Assembly: GCA_018401745.1 (NCBI GenBank)
Contig: JAGYJY010000026.1
Location: 6,927-70,926 of the forward strand
Reading direction: 5' to 3'
Origin: Pirellulales bacterium
GTDB taxonomy: Bacteria; Planctomycetota; Planctomycetia; Pirellulales; UBA1268
DNA length: 64,000 nt
Shown here: positions 35,709 through 44,827 of the stretch, in pieces
Layout of the letters: every line of letters starts with the position of its first letter
Position numbering within the stretch: position 1 is the stretch's first letter
The notes under the pieces: model-generated
The model's database searches: none
What the model was told of the DNA's origin: nothing
The model's input: only the letters and a program-made list of their open reading frames with translations
Translations under genes and position numbers: made by a program

Positions 35709-38663
35709 CTAGCTCGTCATCAGTCGGCCGCTGGTCGTCGAGAGCAACCCTTCGAGCCCATCGAGGCAGCCATACGACATGGCCAACAGCTTGATCGGAT
35801 GCACGGTCGGCTTGGTGGTGCCCTGCTCCATCTGCATCCGGCAGGCGGAGCACTCCGTGACCCCTGCGGCAATCCGCGCCTCCCGCATCGCCTTGGCCAG
35901 CCGGTAGCCGGCCCGCAGGCTCGTGCGGTAGTTGTCGCGAGACAGTCCAAACGTGCCGGCCATCCCCGAGCAGCCCCGGTCTTCGGCATCGACCAGCAGC
36001 CCAGGAATCAGCCTCAGCAGGTGCTCCGACGGGCTCGTGAGGCTGCGGACCCGCACGTGGCAGGGCATGTGGTAGAGCAGCCGTGCCGACACCGGATGGA
36101 AGTCGAGCCGCAGGCGGCCATCGCGATGCAGCTCCCAGAGATACGTGGTGGCATCGGTGGTGGCTGCCGCGACACGGCTCGCCTCGTCATCGTCGAGCAG
36201 CAGCGGGTAGTCGTGGGTCAGGCACGTGACGGCGGCCGGCTCGGTGCTGATGATCCGGTAGCCCTGCCGCACGGCCTCCGAGAGCACCCGCACGTTGCGA
36301 CGGGCCAGGCGTCGCGCGGCGACAAGATCCCCCTCCGACACCAGCGGCATCCCCGAGGCCACCTGCCGCGGATCGATCCAGACGCCGATCCCGTTGTGCT
36401 CAAGCACCCGGACAAGCGCTTTGGTGAGCAGAGGGTCGTGACGACGGGCGAAGGTGTCGAGAAACAACAACACCCGCGGGCCGCCGTGGCGTGAGGGCCG
36501 CGTGTAGCCCCTGCGGGCGGCCCAGCGGAGCAGCTGACTGCCGGCAAAGGCGGGCAGCTTTCGCCCACGGGCGATTCCCAACGTTTTCTCCAACAGCCAG
36601 CGGGTCTGGGTGCCGGAGAGGGCCGCGTTTGCCAGCGGCCGCATCGCGCCGCCGATCGCCGACAGCATGTCGACGCGGGCCCGCATCCAGCGGCCCCAGC
36701 CGAGTCCGTTGGTGGCCACGTGGGCTGCCTTGATCTCGGTCACGATCGCTGGAATATCGACGCTCGTGGGGCAGTCGATGCGGCACTGGTGGCAGTTGAA
36801 GCAGTGGTCGGCAACCGTGCGGGCGGCCTCGCTCTCCAAGGCGGCTGGGGCCAGGTCGCCATCGAGCACCTGGGCAAGCAGCGAAGCCTTGGCCCGCGGC
36901 GATGCCTCCTCGCTCGGCTGCTCGCGAAACAGCGGGCACATCCGTGAACCAGGATCGCGGCTGCGGCAGCTCCCGCAGCCATTGCACGAGGTCACTTCGC
37001 CGGCCATGGCCGCCGGCTCCCAGGTCAGCTGGGGCTCAAGCACATCCAGCGAAAAAGGCTTTCTCGCATGCCGGGCGAGCGGCTGCGCCGGCTTCCCCAC
37101 GATGATGCCGGGGTTGAGCGTGCCGGCGGGATCGAGGCAGTTCTTGAGTTCGGCAAACACAACGGCAAGTTCGGGAAACAACCGACCAAACAGGGCTGTC
37201 CGCGAGAGGCCCAGCCCCTGCTCACCGCCGATTGTGCCGCCGAGCGTCGCCACATGGCCCGCAAGCTGCTCGGCAAAATCCTCCAGCCGAGCCCGCTCTT
37301 CGGGATCATGCACGTCGACAAAGGGCCTGATGTGCAGCTCGCCATGGCCGGCGTGCCCAAAAAGCATGGCCGTCACAGACGTCTGCTTCATGGCCGTCTG
37401 AAAACCGCTGAGAAACTCCGGCAGCAGTTTGGGGGGCACGACCACGTCTTCGATGAAGGGCACCGCCGGTGTCGAGCCCTGCACGCCGTGCAGTGTGGAA
37501 ACCACATTCCGCGAGAGCCGCCAGGCCAGCCGCGTGTCGTCGTCGTCTTCCGCGCGATGCACAGCGACGTTGAGCCCGGGAGTGGCCTGAAGCCTGTCGA
37601 CGGCAACCCCCAGCTGCCGGCGGGCCTCTCGCCGTGTGTCGGCTGCAAACTCAACCAGCAGACAGGCGTCGGCCCACCGCGGAATAATCAGGTCGAAGGC
37701 GACCTCGCTGGAGCGGGCGAGGGTGAGATGGCGGCGATCGAAGAGGTCGCAGCAGCTCGGGCCATCGGCGAGCAGCTGCGGAACTGTGGCGGCGGCCTTC
37801 TCAAGCGAATCGAAAAACACCAGGGCCACAGCGGCCGCCTGGTCGCACGGCAGAGTCTCGAGCGTGACCTCCGTGATGATGCCGAGGGTTCCTTCACTGC
37901 CGCAGATGAGTCGAGCCAGATCGATCCCGCCGTCCCGCCGCAGGTCGTGGAGTCGATACCCACCATGCAGCCGACGGCTGGCAGGCTGGCCTCGGGCGAT
38001 GACCGTCTCATGCCGCGCGAGCAGCCCGCCCACCGCTGCCGCTAGCGTGGCCGGCGTGGGCTTGAGGTCGTCGGTAGGCTCCCCGGGAGGCGGCAGGCAT
38101 CGCGGCAGCCCGCTGGGCCGCGTGGTCTCGAGGGTCACCACCGTCCCATCGGCCAAGACCACCTCCACCGAGAGCACCCGCTGTCGAATCGAGCCGTGCC
38201 GCAGGAAACGGCTTCCGGAGAGATCGCGGCCGATCATCCCACCGATGGTGGTCACGGCCGTCGTCGCCGGGTCGGGGCCGAGCATCCGTCCGAAATCGCC
38301 AAGCCGCCGGTCGAGTTCGGCAGCCACCACCCCCGGCTGCACCCGCACGATCCCGGCCGACTCGTCGATTTTCACCACTCGACGCATCAGCCGCGAAGTG
38401 TCAATCACGATGCCAGGCCCGATGGCCGACCCAACCAGATTCGTGCCGGCCCCGCGGGGATGCACCGTCAGGCCCTGCTCTCCGGCCCAGCGAACTGTGG
38501 CCGACACATCCGCTGCCGTTCGCGGCCGCACCACGCCCAGCGGCATCCGTTCAAACAGGCTTGCATCGGTGGCATACAGCGAGCGGGTGACCTCGTCGCA
38601 GGAGACCTCCCCAGAGACGATCCCCCGCAGGTCTTCCTCGATCCGCTGGGGTTCGTGTTCCAT
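35709..38663 (-). CDS. FAD-linked oxidase fused to 4Fe-4S and CCG cysteine-rich domains (GlcD-GlcF fusion, E. coli YdiJ-like)
   Basis: N-terminal FAD-binding PCMH domain (VHPRGAGTNLVG), central 2 x CxxCxxC(P) ferredoxin motifs (CNGCGSCRS; CFNCHQCRIDCP), and C-terminal CCG-like repeats (MPCH, GCSGMAG, ECSACRMQ). About 985 aa, like YdiJ. Confidence 0.8.
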   Translation of the reverse strand: MEHEPQRIEEDLRGIVSGEVSCDEVTRSLYATDASLFERMPLGVVRPRTAADVSATVRWAGEQGLTVHPRGAGTNLVGSAIGPGIVIDTSRLMRRVVKIDESAGIVRVQPGVVAAELDRRLGDFGRMLGPDPATTAVTTIGGMIGRDLSGSRFLRHGSIRQRVLSVEVVLADGTVVTLETTRPSGLPRCLPPPGEPTDDLKPTPATLAAAVGGLLARHETVIARGQPASRRLHGGYRLHDLRRDGGIDLARLICGSEGTLGIITEVTLETLPCDQAAAVALVFFDSLEKAAATVPQLLADGPSCCDLFDRRHLTLARSSEVAFDLIIPRWADACLLVEFAADTRREARRQLGVAVDRLQATPGLNVAVHRAEDDDDTRLAWRLSRNVVSTLHGVQGSTPAVPFIEDVVVPPKLLPEFLSGFQTAMKQTSVTAMLFGHAGHGELHIRPFVDVHDPEERARLEDFAEQLAGHVATLGGTIGGEQGLGLSRTALFGRLFPELAVVFAELKNCLDPAGTLNPGIIVGKPAQPLARHARKPFSLDVLEPQLTWEPAAMAGEVTSCNGCGSCRSRDPGSRMCPLFREQPSEEASPRAKASLLAQVLDGDLAPAALESEAARTVADHCFNCHQCRIDCPTSVDIPAIVTEIKAAHVATNGLGWGRWMRARVDMLSAIGGAMRPLANAALSGTQTRWLLEKTLGIARGRKLPAFAGSQLLRWAARRGYTRPSRHGGPRVLLFLDTFARRHDPLLTKALVRVLEHNGIGVWIDPRQVASGMPLVSEGDLVAARRLARRNVRVLSEAVRQGYRIISTEPAAVTCLTHDYPLLLDDDEASRVAAATTDATTYLWELHRDGRLRLDFHPVSARLLYHMPCHVRVRSLTSPSEHLLRLIPGLLVDAEDRGCSGMAGTFGLSRDNYRTSLRAGYRLAKAMREARIAAGVTECSACRMQMEQGTTKPTVHPIKLLAMSYGCLDGLEGLLSTTSGRLMTS

Positions 38664-38709
38664 GCGATTACGTGGCCGTCGGGAGCGTCGGGCCGCCGGG
38701 TGGTGAGAC

Positions 38710-39219
38710 TCAGTCGGAAGAAGGCTGGGGAGCCAGCTCATTCACGGCAGCTGATGCCGTGGCCGCCCCGCCGCTGCGGGCTGTCATCTGCCGATGCTTC
38801 TCGTGCGTTTCGAGGTCGAACGGCTGATGCCGCTGCGTCACCCCAGGGCCGCCATAGCGGGCGCCGCAGCGGTAGCAGGTCAGGCAATCGGTGAAAATCA
38901 GAGAGAGCACCGCGTCGATCGCCGCGGTGGCAAAGAGAATCCCGTAGGTCCAGAAGTGGTAGGCGAAGCCCCAGGCCACGCAGCTCGCCGCCAGCCCCGC
39001 CACAACAATCCCCACGCCCAGCTTCTGCGGAAAATCCTTCCTCACAAACAGCTCGTGGCTGGGGCAGACGATGCACCGGCGAACGCTGCTCCCCTCGATC
39101 GCCTGGGGCGGAATCGCGATTCCATGCCCGCAGCTGCGGCAGACGAGCGAGTCCTGCTGCTCGATCTCATCGGCTCGGTTGTCCCGCCCACACTCGGGGC
39201 AGCGGTAGGTGATCTGCAT
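38710..39219 (-). CDS. Hypothetical zinc-ribbon membrane protein
   Basis: N-terminal CPECG..CRSCGH, a second pair CIVC, two TM helices, and a C-terminal CLTCYRCG. Confidence 0.55.
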   Translation of the reverse strand: MQITYRCPECGRDNRADEIEQQDSLVCRSCGHGIAIPPQAIEGSSVRRCIVCPSHELFVRKDFPQKLGVGIVVAGLAASCVAWGFAYHFWTYGILFATAAIDAVLSLIFTDCLTCYRCGARYGGPGVTQRHQPFDLETHEKHRQMTARSGGAATASAAVNELAPQPSSD

Positions 39220-39257
39220 CGCAAGGTCCGAAAAAGGCAGCCCGAGGCCGCAGGGTG

Positions 39258-40004
39258 TCAGACTGCCCAACGAGCACGTTCGCTCAACAACTGGGCCGTG
39301 AGCTCACCGACAATCGCCGCCAGGCAGGCGACATACAGAATACCCGTGGCACTCTGGGTGTTGGGGATCTCCAAGGTTCGGCGGCTCATCACCAGCAGCA
39401 CCGGGAGCCCCAGCAGCCCGGCAATCCACCGGAGACCGGCGAGAGCCGCCGTGGCCGGATCTGCAAGGAGCCCCAGGAGCGTGGGCAGCCCCGCGACGGC
39501 GATCACCATCTCCAGCCCCCAGGCGGCGAGCGTCCAGAGCACCATCGTCTGCAGGATGTCGACCCGCATACCAGGGGCATTGAGATACCAGTGGCCCAGC
39601 AGCATCGCATGCACGCTCAAGCCGATCACCAGGCCGGCTGAGAGCGACGCGACAGCCCCGACCAGGCCCTCCGCAGCCGTTTCTGCAGCAGCCCCAGAGG
39701 CGACCGTCGCAGCAGCCAGGGCCAGCATCACGACCGCCGTGCAGCCGATGGCAAACCCTCGTCGCGCAGCAAGCCAGCCGATGCCTCCCAGCCATGCAGC
39801 CACCGCTGCCACGGCACAGACACCACACACGATGCCCAACGGCCAGGCCGTTGCCGCGGCCAGCGCCGCAAGCGTCGCCAGGCCCATCACCACCAGCAGG
39901 TTCACGCGGAAAAATCCAGCAGGCACGTCACCAGATGGGGTGAGCAAGAGGCCCACCGCCATGCCCCAGCCGAAGCGGCAGAGAAACGACACCAGCAAGG
40001 TCAT
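39258..40004 (-). CDS. Hypothetical polytopic membrane protein
   Basis: Seven to eight hydrophobic helices, Ala/Gly/Leu-rich. Start ATG 40004 (MTLLVSFLCRFGWGMAV) lies just downstream of folE. Confidence 0.5.
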   Translation of the reverse strand: MTLLVSFLCRFGWGMAVGLLLTPSGDVPAGFFRVNLLVVMGLATLAALAAATAWPLGIVCGVCAVAAVAAWLGGIGWLAARRGFAIGCTAVVMLALAAATVASGAAAETAAEGLVGAVASLSAGLVIGLSVHAMLLGHWYLNAPGMRVDILQTMVLWTLAAWGLEMVIAVAGLPTLLGLLADPATAALAGLRWIAGLLGLPVLLVMSRRTLEIPNTQSATGILYVACLAAIVGELTAQLLSERARWAV

Positions 40005-40062
40005 CGCCGCTCCTCTCCAGCAGCCGCTGCATGCCAGCGGGTCGTCGCCGCAGCCTGGCGGC

Positions 40063-40614
40063 TCATCCGCCACGCCCCCCGTAGATCAGGGCCATCACCT
40101 CGGAACGGCTGGAAAGGTTGGAGCGGAAGATGCCCTTCATTGCCGAGGTCACGCAGAGGCTCCCGGGTTTCCGCACCCCGCGGATCGTCATGCAGGTGTG
40201 CGAGGCTTCCACCACCACTGCCGCCCCACGAGCGCCGAGTTCGTCAATGATCAGGTCGGCAATCGTTTCGGTCATCCGCTCCTGCACCTGAGGCCGGCGG
40301 GAAACCACCTCCACCACGCGGGCGAGCTTGCTCAGGCCGACCACCCTGCCCTCCGGCATGTAGCCGATGTGGGCTTTGCCCATGAAGGGCAGCAGGTGGT
40401 GCTCGCAGATGCTGTTGAAGGAGATGTCGCGAACCAGCACGATCTCGTCATACTTCTCGGTGAAGGCCTTCTGCATGTGCACGCGTGGATCGTCGTGCAG
40501 CCCTGAGAAGAGTTCGGCATACATCCGAGCCACGCGGGCCGGCGTCTCCAGCAGGCCCTCGCGGTCTGGGTCTTCACCGACCGCCAGCAAGATTTCCCGG
40601 ACGGCTCGCTCCAC
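40063..40614 (-). CDS. folE: GTP cyclohydrolase I
   Basis: [34 protein letters not shown] and [11 protein letters not shown] start at 40614. Confidence 0.92.
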   Translation of the reverse strand: MERAVREILLAVGEDPDREGLLETPARVARMYAELFSGLHDDPRVHMQKAFTEKYDEIVLVRDISFNSICEHHLLPFMGKAHIGYMPEGRVVGLSKLARVVEVVSRRPQVQERMTETIADLIIDELGARGAAVVVEASHTCMTIRGVRKPGSLCVTSAMKGIFRSNLSSRSEVMALIYGGRGG

Positions 40615-40637
40615 CCGCGGCTGATCAACACCCGCGC

Positions 40638-40682
40638 GCTGTCAGCCCCGCCGCTGTCAGCCCCGCCGCTGTCAGCCCCGCC
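40638..40682. repeat. 3 x 15-bp perfect tandem repeat (gctgtcagccccgcc) in the folE upstream region
   Basis: Units at 40638-40652, 40653-40667 and 40668-40682, beginning 24 nt upstream of the folE GTG. Confidence 0.9.
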
Positions 40683-40920
40683 GCCGCCAGTTTGTTCTCG
40701 TCGCTCACCGCCATGCCTATCTCTCTGACCTCTGGGTGCTCTGGCGGCCACCCGCCCTCCTTGTGGGCAGCATGCAGGCCCACCGCAAGCCAGGAGCCTA
40801 GCAGACTGTGGAACAGTTCTGCAGCCGTCGGATGCGGCGCACGGCGACCCCCAACAACCTCAGCTTCTTGGGGCGTCGCTTGAGTGGGAAAGGGCCATGG
40901 ATGGCTTTTTCCACGGACAG

Positions 40921-41613
40921 CTAGTTCACACTGAACCGCGGAGGAAACGTCCGCAACACAGCCCCGGTAGGACGGCCATCAATAGCCTGGAGCAGCAGTT
41001 CGGCTCGCCGCATCACGTCGACTTCCGCGAGCAGCCGCACCTTGCTCTCGAGGTCGAGGTTGATGGTGTAGGCAACGATATCGCAGAGCATCCCGAGGGT
41101 GATCTGCGTTCCCAGCAGCTGGTCAAGCTGCTCGAAGGCGTCGGGCATTTTCGGCAGCGATCGCTTGAAGCTCGCCAGCAGCGTCTGCTGCAGTTCCCCC
41201 AGCTCATCCTCGCCGATGTCCGCAGGCATCAGGTCTTCGAGGATCTCTGATTCCACCACCCGGAAGAGCTTCTTCGGTGGCAGTTCCTTAACCAGCCGCA
41301 GACGTCGCACTCCAAGCATCAGCACGTTGTAGGTGTTTTTTTCGGTCTGCTGATAGGTGGCCACGCGACACAGGCAGGCGGTGTTGCGGAGGGTGGGCCG
41401 CCCCTCCTGCTGCTGCTCCCATCCCGGAGCGAGCAGCCCCATGGCGATCAGCCGATCGTCTTCGAGGGCCTCCTCGAGCATCGCCCGATACCGCGGCTCA
41501 AAGATGTGGAGCGGCTGCATGACATGCGGAAACATCACCAGATTGGGCAAGGGAAAAACCCGCGCCTGCCCTGAAAACTGCTCCGCCGAAAAGGAAAAAG
41601 ACTCGTCAGACAT
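40921..41613 (-). CDS. LON peptidase substrate-binding (Lon N-terminal) domain protein
   Basis: VFPLPNLVMFPHVMQPLHIFEPRYRAMLEEAL is the LON_substr_bdg signature. No ATPase or protease domain. Confidence 0.8.
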   Translation of the reverse strand: MSDESFSFSAEQFSGQARVFPLPNLVMFPHVMQPLHIFEPRYRAMLEEALEDDRLIAMGLLAPGWEQQQEGRPTLRNTACLCRVATYQQTEKNTYNVLMLGVRRLRLVKELPPKKLFRVVESEILEDLMPADIGEDELGELQQTLLASFKRSLPKMPDAFEQLDQLLGTQITLGMLCDIVAYTINLDLESKVRLLAEVDVMRRAELLLQAIDGRPTGAVLRTFPPRFSVN

Positions 41614-42058
41614 GGGGGAGTGCTCGCGTCAGGCCTCGCTGCCATGCGTCTGAGGGCATGGCCGGATAGGGTGGGTCGAGATGGATTTCAGGCAGCAGTT
41701 CTGGGTTGAGCTCGATGTCAGGAAAGTTGTCCTCGCTCGCGGCAACCTCTGCGAGGCAGCGGTCGAACGAAGCGAGAAAAGCCGCGAGATCGAGCCCCAG
41801 ATGCTGCGGGGCGTAGGGGAGCAGGTAGTCTCGAGCGGAGGCGTGCAGTTTGCGGGCTCCGTGGATGTTGCCGTTTCCAAAATGGTAGAGGGCCACCGCT
41901 GCTTGGATGAGCCCCTGGTAGAACTTTCGCGAAGGGCTGCGGTCGTCTGTCCAGAGTTCTTCCCAGAGCTCATGGCTCTCGTAGTAGTCACACGCGTTGA
42001 AGGCGACGATGCCCTGCAGGTAGAGCGGGTCGTAGGGCTCGCCCGGTGTTTCGGTCAT
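41606..42058 (-). CDS. DUF309 domain-containing protein
   Basis: FNACDYYESHELWEELW...FYQGLIQAAVALYHFGNGN..GA is typical of DUF309. Only the last 150 codons of ORF 41606..43000 are credible. Confidence 0.7.
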   Translation of the reverse strand: MTETPGEPYDPLYLQGIVAFNACDYYESHELWEELWTDDRSPSRKFYQGLIQAAVALYHFGNGNIHGARKLHASARDYLLPYAPQHLGLDLAAFLASFDRCLAEVAASEDNFPDIELNPELLPEIHLDPPYPAMPSDAWQRGLTRALPHV

Positions 42059-42187
42059 GCCATTTCCTCTCCAGAGAAGCGTACCACCCTCGGATCGCGG
42101 CAGGTGCTGCCCGCAAAAGGCTTCTTTGTGGTAGTATGAGTTTTGTGCGAGGAGGCCTGCCCTCGCCAACCTCCCCGGGAGTCCGCC

Positions 42188-43123
42188 ATGATCCTCTCCG
42201 GCCACGAGATCAAGCAGCAGTTGGGCTCCAACATTCTCATCGACCCGTTCGATGAGGAGCGGCTGAATCCCAACAGCTACAACCTCTCGCTCCACGACGA
42301 GCTGCTCGTCTACGAGGAGGTCGTGCTCGACATGCGGAAGAGCAACCGCGTTCATCGGGTGTCGATCCCCGACGATGGATTGGTGCTCACGCCCAACCAG
42401 CTCTATCTGGGCCGCACGGTCGAGCGGACTGAAACCCACAACCTTGTGCCGATGATCGAGGGCCGCAGTTCCGTCGGCAGGCTCGGGCTGTTTGTGCATG
42501 TGACGGCCGGCTTCGGCGACGTCGGCTTCTCCGGCTACTGGACGCTCGAAATGTTTGCCGTGCAGCCGGTGAAGATCTATCCCGGCGTGCCGATCTGCCA
42601 GATCTTCTTCCACCAGATCACCGGCGACATCACCGAATACGCCAGCGAGAAATACCAGCACAACCACGACATCCAGCCCAGCCTGCTGTTTCGTGAACTC
42701 GACCCCGGCTGCGATGCCGATGAACAGATGGAGTTCTCCTTTGAGGGAGAGCGGTTTTGGGACCGGCCACCGGTCCGCTCCGTTCCGCGGGGTGATCATG
42801 CGCAACATGCTTGCTTGGCTGTCGGCCGGCCTGATGCTTGGGTTCGCCGGGGCCTCGCTGACGGCCCTCTTCATGAATGCCTCCCTGGGGGCCTCGCTGC
42901 CTCTCGTGATCTGGGTCGGCTTCGGTTTGCTCGGCCTCGCCGTGCTTCTGACGGTGGTTATCCTCGTGACGGCCTCGATCGGGTAGCATCCCCGCATCAC
43001 GACCCTGCGAGGAGCCCTTCATGCTACGCACCCACACCTGTGGTGAACTCCGTCCCGAACATGCCGGCACCGCCGCCACCCTGGCTGGCTGGGTCGATCG
43101 CGTCCGCGACCACAAGGGCGTGA
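42188..43123 (+). CDS. dcd: dCTP deaminase; 3' end unreliable (no stop at the expected position)
   Basis: [41 protein letters not shown] and KYQ are Dcd/dUTPase-superfamily motifs. Similarity ends near codon 175 (~42710), but the frame stays open to 43123, running across a small TM ORF and into the aspS 5' end. Confidence 0.75.
   Translation: MILSGHEIKQQLGSNILIDPFDEERLNPNSYNLSLHDELLVYEEVVLDMRKSNRVHRVSIPDDGLVLTPNQLYLGRTVERTETHNLVPMIEGRSSVGRLGLFVHVTAGFGDVGFSGYWTLEMFAVQPVKIYPGVPICQIFFHQITGDITEYASEKYQHNHDIQPSLLFRELDPGCDADEQMEFSFEGERFWDRPPVRSVPRGDHAQHACLAVGRPDAWVRRGLADGPLHECLPGGLAASRDLGRLRFARPRRASDGGYPRDGLDRVASPHHDPARSPSCYAPTPVVNSVPNMPAPPPPWLAGSIASATTRA
42798..42986 (+). CDS. Small hypothetical two-TM membrane protein
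   Basis: [62 protein letters not shown]: two clean hydrophobic helices, in a different frame from the dcd read-through. Confidence 0.45.
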   Translation: MRNMLAWLSAGLMLGFAGASLTALFMNASLGASLPLVIWVGFGLLGLAVLLTVVILVTASIG

Positions 43124-44827
43124 TCTTTCATCGATCTCCGCGACCGCTACGGCCGCACCCAGGTGGTGGTCGGCCCGGAGAGCGGAGAGGCCAACCTCGC
43201 GGCGGCCAAGAAGGTGCGTCCTGAGTGGGTGCTGCAGGTCACCGGCCGCATCTCGCCGCGGCCCGAGGGCACGGTCAACGCCAAGCTGCCCACCGGTGGC
43301 ATTGAGCTTGCTTGCGAGCAGCTGGTCGTCTTCAGCGAGGCCGAAACGCCCGTCTTCCAGCCGGGAGCCGTGGAGCTGCCCGGCGAAGAGGTGCGGCTTG
43401 CCCACCGCTGGCTCGACCTGCGGCGGCAGGCGATGCAAGACAACCTGATGCTGCGGCATCGGATGGTGAAGCTGATGCGCGACCACTTCGACGAGGCCGG
43501 CTTCATCGAGGTGGAAACCCCGATGCTCGGCCGCAGCACCCCCGAAGGCGCCCGCGACTTCCTCGTGCCGAGCCGCCTCGACCACGGCAGCTTCTTCGCC
43601 CTGCCGCAGTCGCCGCAGCTCTATAAGCAGCTGCTGATGATGGCGGGCTTCGACCGCTACGTGCAGGTGGCCAAGTGCTTCCGCGACGAAGACCTGCGGG
43701 CTGACCGCCAGCCGGAGTTCACCCAGCTCGATGTGGAGATGTCGTTTGTTGAGGCCGACGACGTGATGGGGGTGATCGATAGCCTGGTGCAGAAGACGGC
43801 CCGCGAGGTCCTCGGGCTGGAGATCCCGCTGCCGCTGCCAAGGCTCAGCTGGGACGAGGCGATGGAGCGGTTTGGCCACGATGCCCCCGACCAGCGGTTT
43901 GGCCTGGAAATCACCGACTGCACCGACATCGCAGCCGACTCCGAGTTTCGGGTGTTTCGCGGGGCTGTCGAAGCGGGGGGCCGCGTGCGGGGCATCCGCG
44001 TTGCCGAGGCAGCTTCCCGCTTCTCGCGGAAAGATCTCGACACCCTCACCCAGATGGCTGTCGATGCCGGGGCGAAGGGGCTTGTCTGGCTCAAGGTGGA
44101 AGAAGGGAGCTCGCTCGCCGGCCCCGTCGCCAAAAATCTCACCGGCGGGATCGACGCCCGGCTCATTGAGCGGCTCGGCGGCACGGCTGGCGATCTGCTG
44201 CTGCTGGTGGCCGATAGTTTCGAGGTCAGCTGCAAGGCCCTGCACACGCTCCGCAAGCACCTCGGGGCCACGCTTGAGCTCTACGATCCGAAAACGCTCC
44301 ACTGCTCGTGGGTCGTCGACTTTCCGATGTTTGCCCACGACGCTGAGACCGGCGGCTGGGCGGCCATGCACCATCCCTTCACCGCTCCCCGGCCACAGGA
44401 TATCCCGCTGCTGGAGAGCGACCCGGCGGCCTGCCGGGCCGTTGCCTATGACCTGGTGATCAACGGCTCCGAAGCCGGTGGCGGCACGATCCGAATCCAC
44501 GATTCAGGCGTGCAACAGAAGGTGTTTGAGCTGATCGGCCTCTCCCCAGAGGTGGCCCGCGAGCAGTTTGGCTTCCTGCTTGATGCCCTCGCCAGCGGGG
44601 CTCCGCCACACGGCGGCATCGCCCTGGGCATCGACCGCTGGGTGATGCTCTTCGCCAGGCTCGACAACATCCGCGACGTGATCGCCTTCCCCAAGACGCA
44701 GCGGGCCAGCGACCTGCTCACCGGCGCTCCCGGCGAGGTCGATGCCAAGCAGCTTGAGGAGCTCGGCATCCGCGTGGTCACGCCTCCGGCGGCAGTGGCA
44801 CCAGGCGGAACCGCACCGTCGCCGTGA
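43021..44827 (+). CDS. aspS: Aspartate--tRNA ligase, interrupted by an apparent 1-nt insertion
   Basis: N-terminus [11 protein letters not shown]...[14 protein letters not shown] (frame 1) continues as [14 protein letters not shown]... in frame 2 (ORF 43163..44827). Class II motifs are present: [18 protein letters not shown] and GGIALGIDR. The frames join at the TTT run 43126-43128. Confidence 0.88.

Noticed and set aside
40332-40751. 139-aa ORF containing [15 protein letters not shown]
   Set aside because: It is mostly an out-of-frame overlap with folE. The repeat peptide is just the translation of the 15-bp intergenic tandem repeat.
42059-43000. N-terminal 314 codons of ORF 41606..43000 (-) as part of the DUF309 protein
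   Set aside because: This part is antisense to dcd and the small TM ORF and has no motifs. DUF309 similarity begins at the internal ATG 42058.
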